Below, one piece after another: positions 1 to 11,157 of a stretch of DNA of 64,000 nucleotides (position 1 is its first letter; each line of letters opens with the position of its first letter). Origin of the DNA: Bacteriovoracaceae bacterium (GTDB lineage Bacteria > Bdellovibrionota > Bacteriovoracia > Bacteriovoracales > Bacteriovoracaceae); assembly GCA_048270185.1 (NCBI GenBank), contig JBLWTJ010000004.1:196615-260614 (forward strand), written 5' to 3'. The notes below the pieces were generated by a model, which was given only the letters and a program-made list of their open reading frames with translations, did not search any database and was not told the origin of the DNA. The position numbers and the translations under genes were made by a program.

Positions 1-1
1 C

Positions 2-1183
2 AAGGTAAAAATTCAGAGTCTACCAAAAGGTGTGGCAATTGATATGAATGTTATCGCAGCTAATGGTCGTGACATTCTCTTTAAAGAAAAAATTGAATTA
101 AATGGTGATGACCCGGCCTTGATTGCTCAGACTGTTAATAATTGGCTTGATCAATATGAAAAACAAATCCCATATGATGCTAGGGTCCTTGGTGTACTAG
201 GTCAGCAATTTTCAATTGACCTAGGAAAAGATGCAGGAATCTATACTGACTTTGATGTAAAGGTATTAAGACCGATGCGCAAAAGACGCCACCCTCTTTT
301 GAAGGAAGTTGTCGATTGGGAAACGAAGACGATTGCAACGGGACGTATTATTCATGTTGGTGAAAGTCTTTCACAAGTAAAAGTTGTTAAGTATGAAGAC
401 AAGAGCCTTATTCAAATCGAAGACTGGGTTCTAATTGATAAGAATACAAAAGCTTCTGAAAAGAAAGATTTAAAGTACGAACCATATCCAGATGAAAGAC
501 AAGAGGGATCATTTGGTCGCCTCGGAACTTTAGGCCTAAGTATGGGAATAGGTTCAGGTTCAAATAATAATTCTTCAACTGCTGATGGAACAAAGGCCAT
601 CAGTGGAGTTAATTTTAATCTTGGAGTTTCTGGAGAATTTTGGATTACAAGAAATTACTGGGTGGGACTTGATCTTGAGAAAGGTTTTGGATCATATTCG
701 AAAGATGCTGGAAACCTAGTGAGTGATTCAAACTCGATGGATCTTTCTACTGTTAGATTACTCTTCGGTTATAAGTACCTACCATTGGGCTTCTTCTATG
801 GCCCACAAATTGATGTTTACTTTGGATATGGGTCTTATACTCATGGGTTTGATAATCAAGTAGCAGATGGCTTTACACAGGTAGCATTTAGTGGTCTTTT
901 AGTTGGAGCTAAAGGTAGTATGCCTATTTCAAAGATGGTGAGAGCTTACTTTCAATTTGATTTTATTTTCTCTCCAAGCTTTGAAGAAGAAGTTGCAATT
1001 AATGGTAAGCCAAAAGATGCAAGTAATATCCGTGTTGAATTTGGTGGCGAGTATAAGTACGCAGCAGGTACAAGTCTATTTGGTGGTATTAATTACTTGG
1101 GTGATAAAGCATCATTTTCAAATGCTAATAAAGTTACAATTAAAAATACGCAGCTTAAGGCCGGTATAAAATTTGATTTATAA
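2..1183 (+). CDS. Outer-membrane beta-barrel protein, probably 5'-truncated by the window edge
   Basis: Frame is open from base 2; C-terminal half has alternating aromatic/Gly strands and ends AGIKFDL. Confidence 0.6.
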   Translation, partial: KVKIQSLPKGVAIDMNVIAANGRDILFKEKIELNGDDPALIAQTVNNWLDQYEKQIPYDARVLGVLGQQFSIDLGKDAGIYTDFDVKVLRPMRKRRHPLLKEVVDWETKTIATGRIIHVGESLSQVKVVKYEDKSLIQIEDWVLIDKNTKASEKKDLKYEPYPDERQEGSFGRLGTLGLSMGIGSGSNNNSSTADGTKAISGVNFNLGVSGEFWITRNYWVGLDLEKGFGSYSKDAGNLVSDSNSMDLSTVRLLFGYKYLPLGFFYGPQIDVYFGYGSYTHGFDNQVADGFTQVAFSGLLVGAKGSMPISKMVRAYFQFDFIFSPSFEEEVAINGKPKDASNIRVEFGGEYKYAAGTSLFGGINYLGDKASFSNANKVTIKNTQLKAGIKFDL

Positions 1184-1200
1184 AAAATTAAGAGTACATA

Positions 1201-3090
1201 ATGAATAGAGTAGAAGAGTTAGCAAATCTTATCAAGAAACATAAGGCATTATACTATGCTGGAAAGCCTGAGATTAGTGATGCTGATTACGATAAAATCG
1301 AAGATGAGCTTAGGGACTTAGATCCTAATAATTCAGCACTTAAACTTGTTGGAACAGTTGTGACAAGTTTAGATAAGGTCCGTCACGATAAGAAAATGCT
1401 CTCTCTAGGAAAGACTTATAGTACAGATGAACTTATTACTTGGGCCAAGAAATATGAAGTTCTAGGTATCTATAAAGTTGATGGTGTCTCTTGCTCACTC
1501 ATTTATGAAGATGGAAAACTAGTCCTTGGTAAAACACGAGGAGATGGAACTTTTGGTGAGAATATTACTCAAAAAGTTTCTTGGATGAAGGGCGTTCCAA
1601 CTACAATCTCTATCAAAGAGCGCATTGAAGTTCGTGGTGAAATGTATTGTGATGAAGAATCTTTCTTTCATCTTTCTGAAACCATGGTTGCGCAAGGATT
1701 AGAGAAACCAACTTCTCAGCGAAATATCGTAGCAGGACTTGTTGGCCGTAAAGAAAATATTAATCTTTGTTCTTTTATTAATTTTAAGGCATTTGATTTG
1801 TTAGGCCCTGAATTTATAAAAGAGAGCGATAAGTATGAAACTCTCAAAAAAGAAAATTTTGATATCTTAGAATATACATTAATGAAATCTGAGAAAGATT
1901 TTAAAGAAGCTATCGAAGATGCAAAAGACTTTATGACCAATGGGGATTATCTAATTGATGGCCTTGTCTTTGTTTACAATGACCTTAAACTTCATGCTGA
2001 GCTAGGAGAGACTGCGCACCATCCTCGATATAAGATGGCATTTAAGTTTCCTGGTGAGACAGTTCAAACAATTCTTAAGTCAATTACATGGCAAGTTTCT
2101 CGAAATGGAATCCTTACTCCAGTTGGTGAAGTCGAGCCAGTTTCAATTAGTGGTGCAGTTGTTTCACGTGTTACCCTTCACAATTATGGAATGGTTAAAC
2201 AACACAACCTTAAGTCAGGTGATAAGATTGAAATCATTCGAAGTGGGGAAGTGATACCTAAATTTCTTGAAACTAAAGAAGAGTCTTCAAATGAATTTAG
2301 TATTCCATCACAATGCCCTAGTTGTGAAAAGCCTGTTGTAATAGAAGACATTAGACTATTTTGTAAGAACCCTGCATGTCCCGCACAGATTAAAGAAGTT
2401 ATTTTAAACTTCATCCAAAAGATTGGAATCGATGATTTAAGCTCAAAAAGACTCGAAGAAATGATCAAAAGAGGTCTTGTAACAACTATCGAAGATCTCT
2501 ATAAACTTGATATGGATAGCCTTTTAGAACTAGATAAGGTTAAAGAAAAGCTAGCAACAAAATTATTAAGTTCTATTGAAAAATCAAAAGGTGCAGATTT
2601 AATTACATTCTTATCTGCACTAGGAATTACAGGTGGGGCAATCAATAAGTGTGAAAAAGTAGTTCATGGCGGATTTGATTCGATTGAAAAGCTTCTATCA
2701 ATGAATGCAGATCAATTAGCTACACTTGAAGGATTTGCTGAAAAATCAGCCTCAACTTTTGTCAACTCATTACAAGAAAAGAAAGACTTAATTTCAAATC
2801 TACAAAATCTTGGTTTCACTTTTGAAGTAATTGAAGAAACGATTGGTTCTTCATTGGCAGGTATGAAAATTTGTATTACAGGTACTTTATCTCGCAAACG
2901 AGGTGATATTGAAAAAGATATCAAAGCTGCTGGCGGAAGCCCTGTTGGTTCTGTAAGTAAGAATACAGATATACTTCTAACGAATGAAACAGAGGCCAAA
3001 TCTTCTAAGTATAAGAAGGCACTCGAGCTAGGAATTACAATAAAGAGCGAAGATGAAGTTATGAGGATGATCAATGGCCAAGAAGAGTAA
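1201..3090 (+). CDS. ligA: NAD-dependent DNA ligase
   Basis: KVDG adenylation motif, TRGDG, Zn finger CPSC...C, C-terminal BRCT (ITGTLS, SVSKNTD). Confidence 0.97.
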   Translation: MNRVEELANLIKKHKALYYAGKPEISDADYDKIEDELRDLDPNNSALKLVGTVVTSLDKVRHDKKMLSLGKTYSTDELITWAKKYEVLGIYKVDGVSCSLIYEDGKLVLGKTRGDGTFGENITQKVSWMKGVPTTISIKERIEVRGEMYCDEESFFHLSETMVAQGLEKPTSQRNIVAGLVGRKENINLCSFINFKAFDLLGPEFIKESDKYETLKKENFDILEYTLMKSEKDFKEAIEDAKDFMTNGDYLIDGLVFVYNDLKLHAELGETAHHPRYKMAFKFPGETVQTILKSITWQVSRNGILTPVGEVEPVSISGAVVSRVTLHNYGMVKQHNLKSGDKIEIIRSGEVIPKFLETKEESSNEFSIPSQCPSCEKPVVIEDIRLFCKNPACPAQIKEVILNFIQKIGIDDLSSKRLEEMIKRGLVTTIEDLYKLDMDSLLELDKVKEKLATKLLSSIEKSKGADLITFLSALGITGGAINKCEKVVHGGFDSIEKLLSMNADQLATLEGFAEKSASTFVNSLQEKKDLISNLQNLGFTFEVIEETIGSSLAGMKICITGTLSRKRGDIEKDIKAAGGSPVGSVSKNTDILLTNETEAKSSKYKKALELGITIKSEDEVMRMINGQEE

Positions 3091-4444
3091 GAAAGTATTC
3101 GAGTGTTCTAACTGTGGTTTTCAAACTGCAAAGTGGATGGGGCGCTGTACTGATTGTGGTGAATGGAATAGCTTCGTTGAAGAAACTTTCACTCCTGTTC
3201 AAGAAAGTATCAAGGTTAAGGCCGTTGGTGAAACAGTACCTAAAAAATTAAAAGAAATTGAAGTTGAAAAATATAATCGAGTTGAGACTGGTATCGGAGA
3301 ATTTGACCGTGTTGTCGGTGGTGGTCTTGTTCCTGGATCACTTATTCTTATCGGTGGTGAGCCTGGTATTGGGAAATCGACTCTTCTAACTGAGATGCTT
3401 TCAAAGCTTTCTGGAAAACAAAGTGATGAAAGCTTTCTCTACGTTAGTGGGGAAGAGAGTGAAGGACAGGTTGCTGGTCGTGCAAAACGCATGGGCCTTA
3501 AAAATGATTCATTCTATATTTATAATGAAACGAATTGGCAAAATATTCTAAATCAAATCAAAAAGATCAAGCCACGCTTTATGGTTCTTGATTCAATTCA
3601 GACAACGACTTCAAGTGAATTACAATCTCCTCCAGGGACTGTTTCTCAAATTCGTGAAGTGACATATGAATTAATGAATCATGTGAAGGCCACAGGGATA
3701 ACATGCTTTATCGTAGGCCATATCACAAAAGATGGCGCAATTGCTGGACCTAAGATACTTGAACATATGGTTGATACAGTGATCTATTTTGAGGGGGATC
3801 AATTTGGTCATTATCGTATGCTACGAGCTATTAAGAATCGCTTTGGAAATACTAATGAGGTTGGCATTTTTGAAATGAAAGAAGATGGTTTAAATGAAGT
3901 AAAAAATCCATCACAATTCTTTCTTGATGATGATCTCGAAGATAGCTTCGGAAAGAGTCTAACTTGTATTAAAGAAGGAACAAGGCCTCTTTTTGTTGAA
4001 GTACAGGCCCTTGTTGCAGAAAATAAATTTGGTAATGGCCGACGTACAACGCAAGGACTTGATAATAACCGTGTTGCTATGATGGTTGCTATTATAGAAA
4101 AATACGCCAATATACCGATGGGTATGAATGATATCTATGTCAATGTTGTCGGTAGTATGAAGCTAAATACTCGTGAATCTGATCTAAGTATTATTGCTGC
4201 TTTATTAAGTTCATATAAATCTAAACCAATTCCAAAAGATACCATCTTCTTGGGAGAAGTTGGCCTGACTGGTGAAGTTCGTACAGTTCCACATATGGAG
4301 ATGCGAATAAAAGAAATGGAACAACTTAATTATAAGAAATTAGTTGCATCACCAAAGATTGCAAGAGAGTATGCAAAGAAATCTAAATTACAGATTATTC
4401 CAGTTAAAAGAGTAACAGATATCTTCAAAATCCTAGGTGATTAG
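3074..4444 (+). CDS. radA: DNA repair protein RadA/Sms
   Basis: CSNCG..CTDC Zn ribbon, GEPGIGKST, KNRFG, Lon-like GEVGLTGE. Confidence 0.97.
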   Translation: MAKKSKKVFECSNCGFQTAKWMGRCTDCGEWNSFVEETFTPVQESIKVKAVGETVPKKLKEIEVEKYNRVETGIGEFDRVVGGGLVPGSLILIGGEPGIGKSTLLTEMLSKLSGKQSDESFLYVSGEESEGQVAGRAKRMGLKNDSFYIYNETNWQNILNQIKKIKPRFMVLDSIQTTTSSELQSPPGTVSQIREVTYELMNHVKATGITCFIVGHITKDGAIAGPKILEHMVDTVIYFEGDQFGHYRMLRAIKNRFGNTNEVGIFEMKEDGLNEVKNPSQFFLDDDLEDSFGKSLTCIKEGTRPLFVEVQALVAENKFGNGRRTTQGLDNNRVAMMVAIIEKYANIPMGMNDIYVNVVGSMKLNTRESDLSIIAALLSSYKSKPIPKDTIFLGEVGLTGEVRTVPHMEMRIKEMEQLNYKKLVASPKIAREYAKKSKLQIIPVKRVTDIFKILGD

Positions 4445-5919
4445 AAATTTAACTCAATATACTTTGACCATAGGTTTTTCTTATATTCAAAGTATGAGTC
4501 ATTTTTTGAACTAGCTTCAAAATGATTTTCGACTTCCCATTGCTTACTTACATCTTCAATTGTCATAAGCCCTGCACCAATTGCTGCTGCCAGTGCAGCA
4601 CCATATGAAGTTGTTTCAATGATACGGGGTCTTGTCACATTAATCTTTGAAATATCTGCTTGAATCTGCATAAGTAGATTATTGGCAACAGCACCACCAT
4701 CGACTTTAAATTCTTCTAGATCACTTCCCATATCACTCTTCATTGCTTGTATAAGATCATTTATACTAAGTGCAATTCCTTCAAGAGCTACACGACAGAT
4801 ATCATTTGTATTCGTCCCTCTTGTCATTCCGATTAGTGCAGCTTTGGCATTTGGTCGCCAATATGGTGATCCAATACCTGTGAAGAATGGAAAGAGTAGA
4901 AGGTCTTTGATTTGTTCAAGGTCTTTAACTTCACATGCCTTATCTTCAGTTTGTGAAGCTGAATCAATAATTTCTAAATTATCTCGCAGCCATTGCACAC
5001 AAGCACCTGCAATATAGCACGATCCTTCAAGAGCGTAGTAAGTCTTATCTTGGTACTTATATGCGACAGTCGTAAGTAAACCATGTTCAGAATATTTCTT
5101 CTCTTCACCTGTGTTAACTAGCATGAAGGCCCCTGTACCATAAGTACATTTTCCAGTTCCTTTATCAAAGCAAGCTTGTCCAAAGAGTGCTGCTTGTTGA
5201 TCACCTAGTATTCCATTAATAGGAATTCCATCTGGAAGAAAGTCTAATCCCTTTGTGACTCCAAAATCACAAATAGATTCACAAACTTCTGGAAGAGTTG
5301 ATTTATCAATACCTAGAATTTTACATAATTCATCATTCCACTGACATGAATCCAGTGACATAAGGAGGGTACGGGATGCATTGCTAACATCTGTTTTAAA
5401 AGAGATGCAACCAGATAAACGATAAAGTAGGAACGTATCAATCGTTCCAAAGTGTAGATCGTGATTCTTGTGGGCCTCTTTTACATATTGATTATTATTA
5501 AGAAGCCAATTCATTTTAGTTCCAGAAAAGTACGGATCTAAAGGAAGGCCTGTTTCTTTCTTAAATTTTTCTTCATGTGATTTTAGACTGTCACAATAAT
5601 CGGCCGTGCGACGATCTTGCCATACGATGGCCTTTGCAAGGGCATCACCCTTGCGGTTAAATGCACAAGTCGTCTCACGTTGATTTGTGATTCCAATTGA
5701 TTTAATTTTACTCGAGTCAATATTGTTTCTTTTAAGAACTGTCTGCACAGTATTCTTGACACTTTTCCAGATTTCATCGAGATCATGTTCAACCCATCCT
5801 GGATTTGGAAAGTGTTGTTTAAACTCTTGATTCTCTTTATCAATAAATTTGAATGTCTCAGCATCAATGATTGTAGCAGTGGTACCAGTCGTTCCCTGAT
5901 CTAGTGATAAGATAAACAT
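4441..5919 (-). CDS. glpK: Glycerol kinase
   Basis: DQGTT, GITNQRET, WQDRRT, GDQQAALFGQ, KCTYGTGAF. Confidence 0.96.
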   Translation of the reverse strand: MFILSLDQGTTGTTATIIDAETFKFIDKENQEFKQHFPNPGWVEHDLDEIWKSVKNTVQTVLKRNNIDSSKIKSIGITNQRETTCAFNRKGDALAKAIVWQDRRTADYCDSLKSHEEKFKKETGLPLDPYFSGTKMNWLLNNNQYVKEAHKNHDLHFGTIDTFLLYRLSGCISFKTDVSNASRTLLMSLDSCQWNDELCKILGIDKSTLPEVCESICDFGVTKGLDFLPDGIPINGILGDQQAALFGQACFDKGTGKCTYGTGAFMLVNTGEEKKYSEHGLLTTVAYKYQDKTYYALEGSCYIAGACVQWLRDNLEIIDSASQTEDKACEVKDLEQIKDLLLFPFFTGIGSPYWRPNAKAALIGMTRGTNTNDICRVALEGIALSINDLIQAMKSDMGSDLEEFKVDGGAVANNLLMQIQADISKINVTRPRIIETTSYGAALAAAIGAGLMTIEDVSKQWEVENHFEASSKNDSYFEYKKNLWSKYIELNF

Positions 5920-5942
5920 AAAGTCTCCAGTATTCGATTAAA

Positions 5943-6161
5943 TTACTCTGTTAATGATAGGCCAGGATTACTTCCTGGATGATTTCTTACAATACTATTA
6001 ATGGCTATTTCCCATTGTTTGGCCAAATAAAAATTGGAGCTCTTAAGTATAGTAAGTGAGAGGCCGATAAGAACAACAAGCAGAAATATGAACTCAATAA
6101 GGGTTTGCCCTTTTTGGTCCAAAATATGAATTTGTTCTTTAATGTTGAGCTCTTTTTGCAT
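5943..6161 (-). CDS. Small TadE/Flp-like prepilin
   Basis: KG|QTLIEF class III signal (Glu at +5) followed by a hydrophobic helix. Confidence 0.6.
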   Translation of the reverse strand: MQKELNIKEQIHILDQKGQTLIEFIFLLVVLIGLSLTILKSSNFYLAKQWEIAINSIVRNHPGSNPGLSLTE

Positions 6162-6213
6162 AGTGCAATTCTTCCGATTTTGTGTATAATTGTATTTTAA
6201 CTGGGAATATTAA

Positions 6214-6777
6214 TTGAGTATAGAAAGTAAAAAATTTCCATATAAAATTATCGTGATAGCCTGCGTTTTAGTGTTTGGTTCTCTCTTTGTTACTGATGAG
6301 AGCTTCACAACTGCGAAGGTGGCCGGCGTTGATGTTAAAAAAATCCAACACTATGAGTCAATGCTTGTTCGTCCAGATCTTGAGACGACAAGTGGAAAGA
6401 AGTTTGAAAAGGAAGCCCTTTCTAAGGGTGTAGTTATTGTAAATTTTTGGGCCAGCTGGTGCACACCATGTCTTGAAGAATTTCCAAGTATAGTCTCTTT
6501 AAGAAATGAAATAAAAAGTGATAAATTAAAAATTATCGCAATCAATTCTGATGAAGGACCTAAACAATCAAAACAAATTGAAAAAATTGTAAAAAAATAC
6601 AATGTTAACTTTGATATCGTAAAAGATACTCAAGGAAAACTAACAGATGCTTTCATGGTATCTGCAATACCAGTATCGATTATCTTTAAAGATGGACGAG
6701 TTGTTGAAGTTGCAAATGGTGCAAAAGATTTCAACTCAGAAGAATTTAAAGAAAAAATTCGCGATTGGATTAAATAG
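6214..6777 (+). CDS. TlpA/ResA-family thiol-disulfide oxidoreductase
   Basis: N-terminal TM, VNFWASWCTPC, IPVS cis-Pro region. Confidence 0.9.
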   Translation: MSIESKKFPYKIIVIACVLVFGSLFVTDESFTTAKVAGVDVKKIQHYESMLVRPDLETTSGKKFEKEALSKGVVIVNFWASWCTPCLEEFPSIVSLRNEIKSDKLKIIAINSDEGPKQSKQIEKIVKKYNVNFDIVKDTQGKLTDAFMVSAIPVSIIFKDGRVVEVANGAKDFNSEEFKEKIRDWIK

Positions 6778-7996
6778 AATCCACACTCACTACTAAATTT
6801 CTACCCCAGCTATAAGTAATTTCAGCAATTGTTTCTGTTTTATAAATTGTGAATCTTGGTGCAAATCTCTTAATGATTGCTCCTTGATTATTTTTTCCTA
6901 AAGCTGCTGCTGCATTTAGAGTAATTCCCGCCCACATTTGCGCCATATTAATACCATAAAGTGGAGCTGCGATTGAAGCGAGTAAGAGAAGATTATCACA
7001 ATGACATGAGCCAGGATTATAGTCAGAAGCGATTGAAAGTTTACAGCCACCATCAGCTAAGGCCTTAGCATCAGCTTTTGGTTTCCCCAAGAATAATCCA
7101 GTTCCCGGTAATACAGTGGCAACCGTTTTTGATTTTGATAATCTTTCGATTCCATCTTTTGTTGTACATAGTAGATGGTCTGTACTTAGGGCACCTAACT
7201 CACAAGCAAGAATAGCACCTTTGTTATCATTGAATTCATCAGCATGTGTTTTTAATGGTATTCCATATTTCTGTGCTGCACTGGCAAGTTTCTTTACGTC
7301 ACTTTCATTAAAATAGCCTTCTTCATGGAAAATATCGACACAGTCAATAATCCCAAGTGGCGCAATTTCATCAAGTAGTGGAATAACTACTTCATCCATA
7401 AAGGCTTCAGTTGAAGTAAAGTTCTTTGGTAGTGCATGGGCGGGCATGAAAGTATTAAAAATTTGGACTTTTGGAGAGAACTCTTTTTTTAATTCTCCGA
7501 TAAGTTTTGTCATTCTCATCTCGCCTTCATATGTAAGAGAGTATCCTGACTTAATTTCTATTGTACCAACTCCATAGCTTAGAATGCGATTAATGCGCTC
7601 GCGACATAGTCTTAGAAGTTCTTCATCACTTTGTGAATTCGTTCCAATTGAGGTTGCAACAATACCACCACCGGCTTTTGCTATTTCCTGGTAGTCGGCA
7701 CCATTTAATCGCATTTGATATTCATTAGCTCGATTGCCACCAAAAATTAGGTGAGTATGTGAATCGACAAGTTCAGGAGTTATAACATAACCAGAGAGAT
7801 CTTTAACAGTTTCTGCTTTCTTAATATATTCCACAGGAATATTTTCAGAATCTCCAACCCAGATAATTTCAGCTTCATCAAAAACAATGGCACCATTTTG
7901 AAGAACACTTGTGTCTTCAGGTAATAGGTTCCTTCCATCTTTTTGATGTGCCGATGATAGGGTTAGAACTTCGTTAATATTCTTGTAGATTTGCAT
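6770..7996 (-). CDS. hutI: Imidazolonepropionase
   Basis: DSHTH, EIKSGY, HADE, ASDYNPGS. Confidence 0.95.
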   Translation of the reverse strand: MQIYKNINEVLTLSSAHQKDGRNLLPEDTSVLQNGAIVFDEAEIIWVGDSENIPVEYIKKAETVKDLSGYVITPELVDSHTHLIFGGNRANEYQMRLNGADYQEIAKAGGGIVATSIGTNSQSDEELLRLCRERINRILSYGVGTIEIKSGYSLTYEGEMRMTKLIGELKKEFSPKVQIFNTFMPAHALPKNFTSTEAFMDEVVIPLLDEIAPLGIIDCVDIFHEEGYFNESDVKKLASAAQKYGIPLKTHADEFNDNKGAILACELGALSTDHLLCTTKDGIERLSKSKTVATVLPGTGLFLGKPKADAKALADGGCKLSIASDYNPGSCHCDNLLLLASIAAPLYGINMAQMWAGITLNAAAALGKNNQGAIIKRFAPRFTIYKTETIAEITYSWGRNLVVSVDSI

Positions 7997-9534
7997 TACT
8001 TAAGTTTTCCTACGTGCTTCTCAACTGCTCTTAAAAGTTCACCATTATTAATGAGAGCTTCAATATTGTTGATGTCTTTATAGAAAACTCGATCTTCTAC
8101 AATCTTATCAACTGACTTTCTGATGTGAGTAATTAATTCTTCGATTGCATCAGAAGACTTAAGAGGTCTGTGGAATTCGATTGCTTGAGTGTTACATAGT
8201 AATTCAATCGCTAGACATTTTGATGCATTTTCGATTACTTCTAGAAGTTTACGCCCAGATGTAACACCCATTGAAACGTGATCTTCTTTGTCTGTTGAAG
8301 TAGGTACTGAGTCAACACTTGCAGGATGACATAGGTATTTGTTTTCTGATGTTAAAGCAGCCGCTGTAACATGAGCTATCATTAGACCACTATTAAGTCC
8401 TGACTCTGGAGTCAAGAAGGCCGGAAGATCAGAGAATGTTGGGTTCATCATTTTTTCAACACGTCTTTCACTTATATTACAAAGCTCTGCCATACCAATC
8501 GCTAGGTAGTCCATTGCCATAGCAATTGCTTCTCCGTGAAAGTTACCACCTGAGATGACTTCATCTTCTGCTAAAAAGATAAGTGGGTTATCTGTTACAG
8601 CATTAAGCTCGATACCTAATACCTCTTTTGCGTGATTTAGTGTTTGTCTTGAAGCACCGTGTACTTGTGGAACACATCTAAGTGAATAAGGATCTTGAAC
8701 TTTACCACAGTCAACGTGTGAATCTAAGATTTGGCTTCCACTAATAATATTCATAACGTTAATAGCTGAGGCCATTTGACCTGGGTGTGGCTTTAATCCG
8801 TGAATCTTGTGATCGTATGCTCTTAGTGTTCCACGAACCCCATCAAGTGTTGTTGCTGCACAAATATCAGCAATACGAACTAGATTTTCAGACTTTTTAA
8901 TGGCAATAGCTCCAAGAGCTGCCATTACAGCTGTACCATTGATGAGTGCTAGACCGTCTTTAGGTCCTAGTTGAACAGGCTCTTTACCAATATCTCTAAT
9001 AGCAAAGTCAGAGCGAAGAGTTTTGTCATTGTAAACAACTTCACCTTCACCAATCAGTGCAAGAGCAATATGTGACAGAGGAGCAAGGTCCCCTGAAGCA
9101 CCAACTGATCCTTTTTCTGGAACAACTGGAATAATATCATTGTTAATAAAATCAATTAATAACTCAATGGCCGAAATTGAAACACCTGAAAAGCCTGAAG
9201 CAAGACAATTTGCTCTAAGAAGCATAATGGCCTTTGTGATTTCTTTTGAAAAAGGCTTTCCAACACCTGTACAGTGAGAGCGAATTAGATTTATTTGAAG
9301 TTGGCTTAAATCTTCTTTCTTAATATGCTTGTCTGATAGTGCGCCAAATCCAGTGTTGATTCCGTAAACAGGCTCACCTTTATCGACAATATTTTTAACA
9401 TATTCTTTCGACTTAAGAACACTTGCACGTGCTATATCACTTAATTTAACTTTAACACTATCTTTCTTTGCAAAGGCAACTTCGTAAATATCGTCAATAC
9501 TTAAGCTGTGTCCATCAATTATAATTTCTTTCAT
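7996..9534 (-). CDS. hutH: Histidine ammonia-lyase
   Basis: YGINTGFG, GSVGASGDLAPL (MIO-forming ASG), QDPYSLRC. Confidence 0.96.
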   Translation of the reverse strand: MKEIIIDGHSLSIDDIYEVAFAKKDSVKVKLSDIARASVLKSKEYVKNIVDKGEPVYGINTGFGALSDKHIKKEDLSQLQINLIRSHCTGVGKPFSKEITKAIMLLRANCLASGFSGVSISAIELLIDFINNDIIPVVPEKGSVGASGDLAPLSHIALALIGEGEVVYNDKTLRSDFAIRDIGKEPVQLGPKDGLALINGTAVMAALGAIAIKKSENLVRIADICAATTLDGVRGTLRAYDHKIHGLKPHPGQMASAINVMNIISGSQILDSHVDCGKVQDPYSLRCVPQVHGASRQTLNHAKEVLGIELNAVTDNPLIFLAEDEVISGGNFHGEAIAMAMDYLAIGMAELCNISERRVEKMMNPTFSDLPAFLTPESGLNSGLMIAHVTAAALTSENKYLCHPASVDSVPTSTDKEDHVSMGVTSGRKLLEVIENASKCLAIELLCNTQAIEFHRPLKSSDAIEELITHIRKSVDKIVEDRVFYKDINNIEALINNGELLRAVEKHVGKLK

Positions 9535-9548
9535 CTATTTATTCCTAT

Positions 9549-10202
9549 CTATCTTAAAGATTCTACTTGTGTAATATATTCGTTTGTCGCTTTTCCAAAG
9601 ATATAAGAACCTGCTACGAGGTTATCAGCTCCAGCATCACGACATAGTTTTCCTGTTTCTGCATTAATTCCACCATCAACTTGAATTTGGAAATTAAGGC
9701 CATGTTCATTTTTTAAATTTGTGAGATATTTAATTTTATCAATAGCGTTTGGCATAAAGCTTTGTCCGCCAAATCCAGGTTCAACTGACATGACCAAGAT
9801 AAGATCGATCTCTTTTAATAATTCGATTGTTAGCTCTTGTGCTTCAGTGGCCGGCTTTATTGATAGACCAATCTTATTATAAAATGGTTTATACTTTTTA
9901 ATTAACTCTAAATGATTACATTGAATCTCATAGTGATATGTTATATTTTCAATGCCAATATCTTTTAACTCTTCCATGTGAAACTCTGGATTTGTCACCA
10001 TTAAATGTACATCAAGAGGAAGAGTAGTTTTCTTTTTTAATTGTTTAATGACTGGTATTCCAAAAGTTAGGTTTGGAACGAAGTGTCCATCCATTACATC
10101 TAGGTGTAACCAAAGATCTTTTACATTTTCGATAACTGAAATATCTGAGATTAAATTTGTAAAATCAGCAGCGAGAATACTTGGTGAAATAATTGTACTC
10201 AT
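9549..10202 (-). CDS. rpe: Ribulose-phosphate 3-epimerase
   Basis: SPSILAAD, HLDVMDGHFVPN, MSVEPGFGGQ, VDGGIN. Confidence 0.97.
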   Translation of the reverse strand: MSTIISPSILAADFTNLISDISVIENVKDLWLHLDVMDGHFVPNLTFGIPVIKQLKKKTTLPLDVHLMVTNPEFHMEELKDIGIENITYHYEIQCNHLELIKKYKPFYNKIGLSIKPATEAQELTIELLKEIDLILVMSVEPGFGGQSFMPNAIDKIKYLTNLKNEHGLNFQIQVDGGINAETGKLCRDAGADNLVAGSYIFGKATNEYITQVESLR

Positions 10203-10212
10203 TTAAAACTCC

Positions 10213-11157
10213 CTATGAAATTTCAAAACTATCATACTTATTAGTAAGTCCATTGACAGCGTCAATATCACTACATGCTTTCTTTCCTTCGAGTTGAATT
10301 GTTTTAAGTCTTACAACACTATCTTTACATCCAACTAGAATCTTATTATCTGCAACTGAAATTTGCCCTGGTGCTAATTTAGTTCCAGCATACTTGGCGA
10401 CTTGAATAATTTTCAATCGCTTTCCATTTAAAAAACAAAAAGTTCCTGGCCATGGCTTGAGCGCTCTAACTTGATTGTGAATAGTTCTAAATTCACTAAC
10501 TGCAAATTTAATATGCCCATCTTCTTTTTTTAAAGTTGGAGCAAAACAAACATTGCTCTCGTCTTGCTCATAAGAAGAGATAGTTCCATTTGCCATATCA
10601 TCGATAAAGTCATTTAGGGTTAAAGCTGCAGCAAACTTTAAACGTGTGTAAAGTTGTCCACCAGTTTCATCATATCCTATTTGAAGCTTTGATTCTTTAA
10701 CAATATCACCAGCGTCCATTTTCTTAACCATCTTCTGGATTGAAACACCTGTTTCTTTATCACCATTTAATAGTGCGTATTGAATTGGAGCTGCGCCTCT
10801 ATACTTTGGGAGTAGAGAAGTGTGAATATTAAAACATCCAATCTTAGGTGAATTTAAAACTTTAGAACCTAGAAACTGAGCGAATGCTAAAACAAGAAAA
10901 AAGTCAGCATTGATATCTTCAAGTATATTTAATAGCTCAGGGTCTTTATTTATATTCTCTGTCTGATAAAATTTAATCTTATTCGATTTACAATAATCAA
11001 TAACTGGTGGAGATTGAAGTTTGTGACCACGCCCTGCTGGCCTGTCTGGCATACTGACGACCAAGGCCAAATCAATTAGTGGATGATTTGCCAGTAGCTC
11101 TAAGCTCGGGCAAGAAAAATCTGGTGTTCCAAAAAAGACGGCCTTAAGCTTATTCAC
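10213..11157 (-). CDS. fmt: Methionyl-tRNA formyltransferase
   Basis: FFGTPDF, NIHTSLLPKYRGAAPIQ; start moved to the GTG overlapping the def stop (TAGTG). Confidence 0.95.
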   Translation of the reverse strand: MNKLKAVFFGTPDFSCPSLELLANHPLIDLALVVSMPDRPAGRGHKLQSPPVIDYCKSNKIKFYQTENINKDPELLNILEDINADFFLVLAFAQFLGSKVLNSPKIGCFNIHTSLLPKYRGAAPIQYALLNGDKETGVSIQKMVKKMDAGDIVKESKLQIGYDETGGQLYTRLKFAAALTLNDFIDDMANGTISSYEQDESNVCFAPTLKKEDGHIKFAVSEFRTIHNQVRALKPWPGTFCFLNGKRLKIIQVAKYAGTKLAPGQISVADNKILVGCKDSVVRLKTIQLEGKKACSDIDAVNGLTNKYDSFEIS

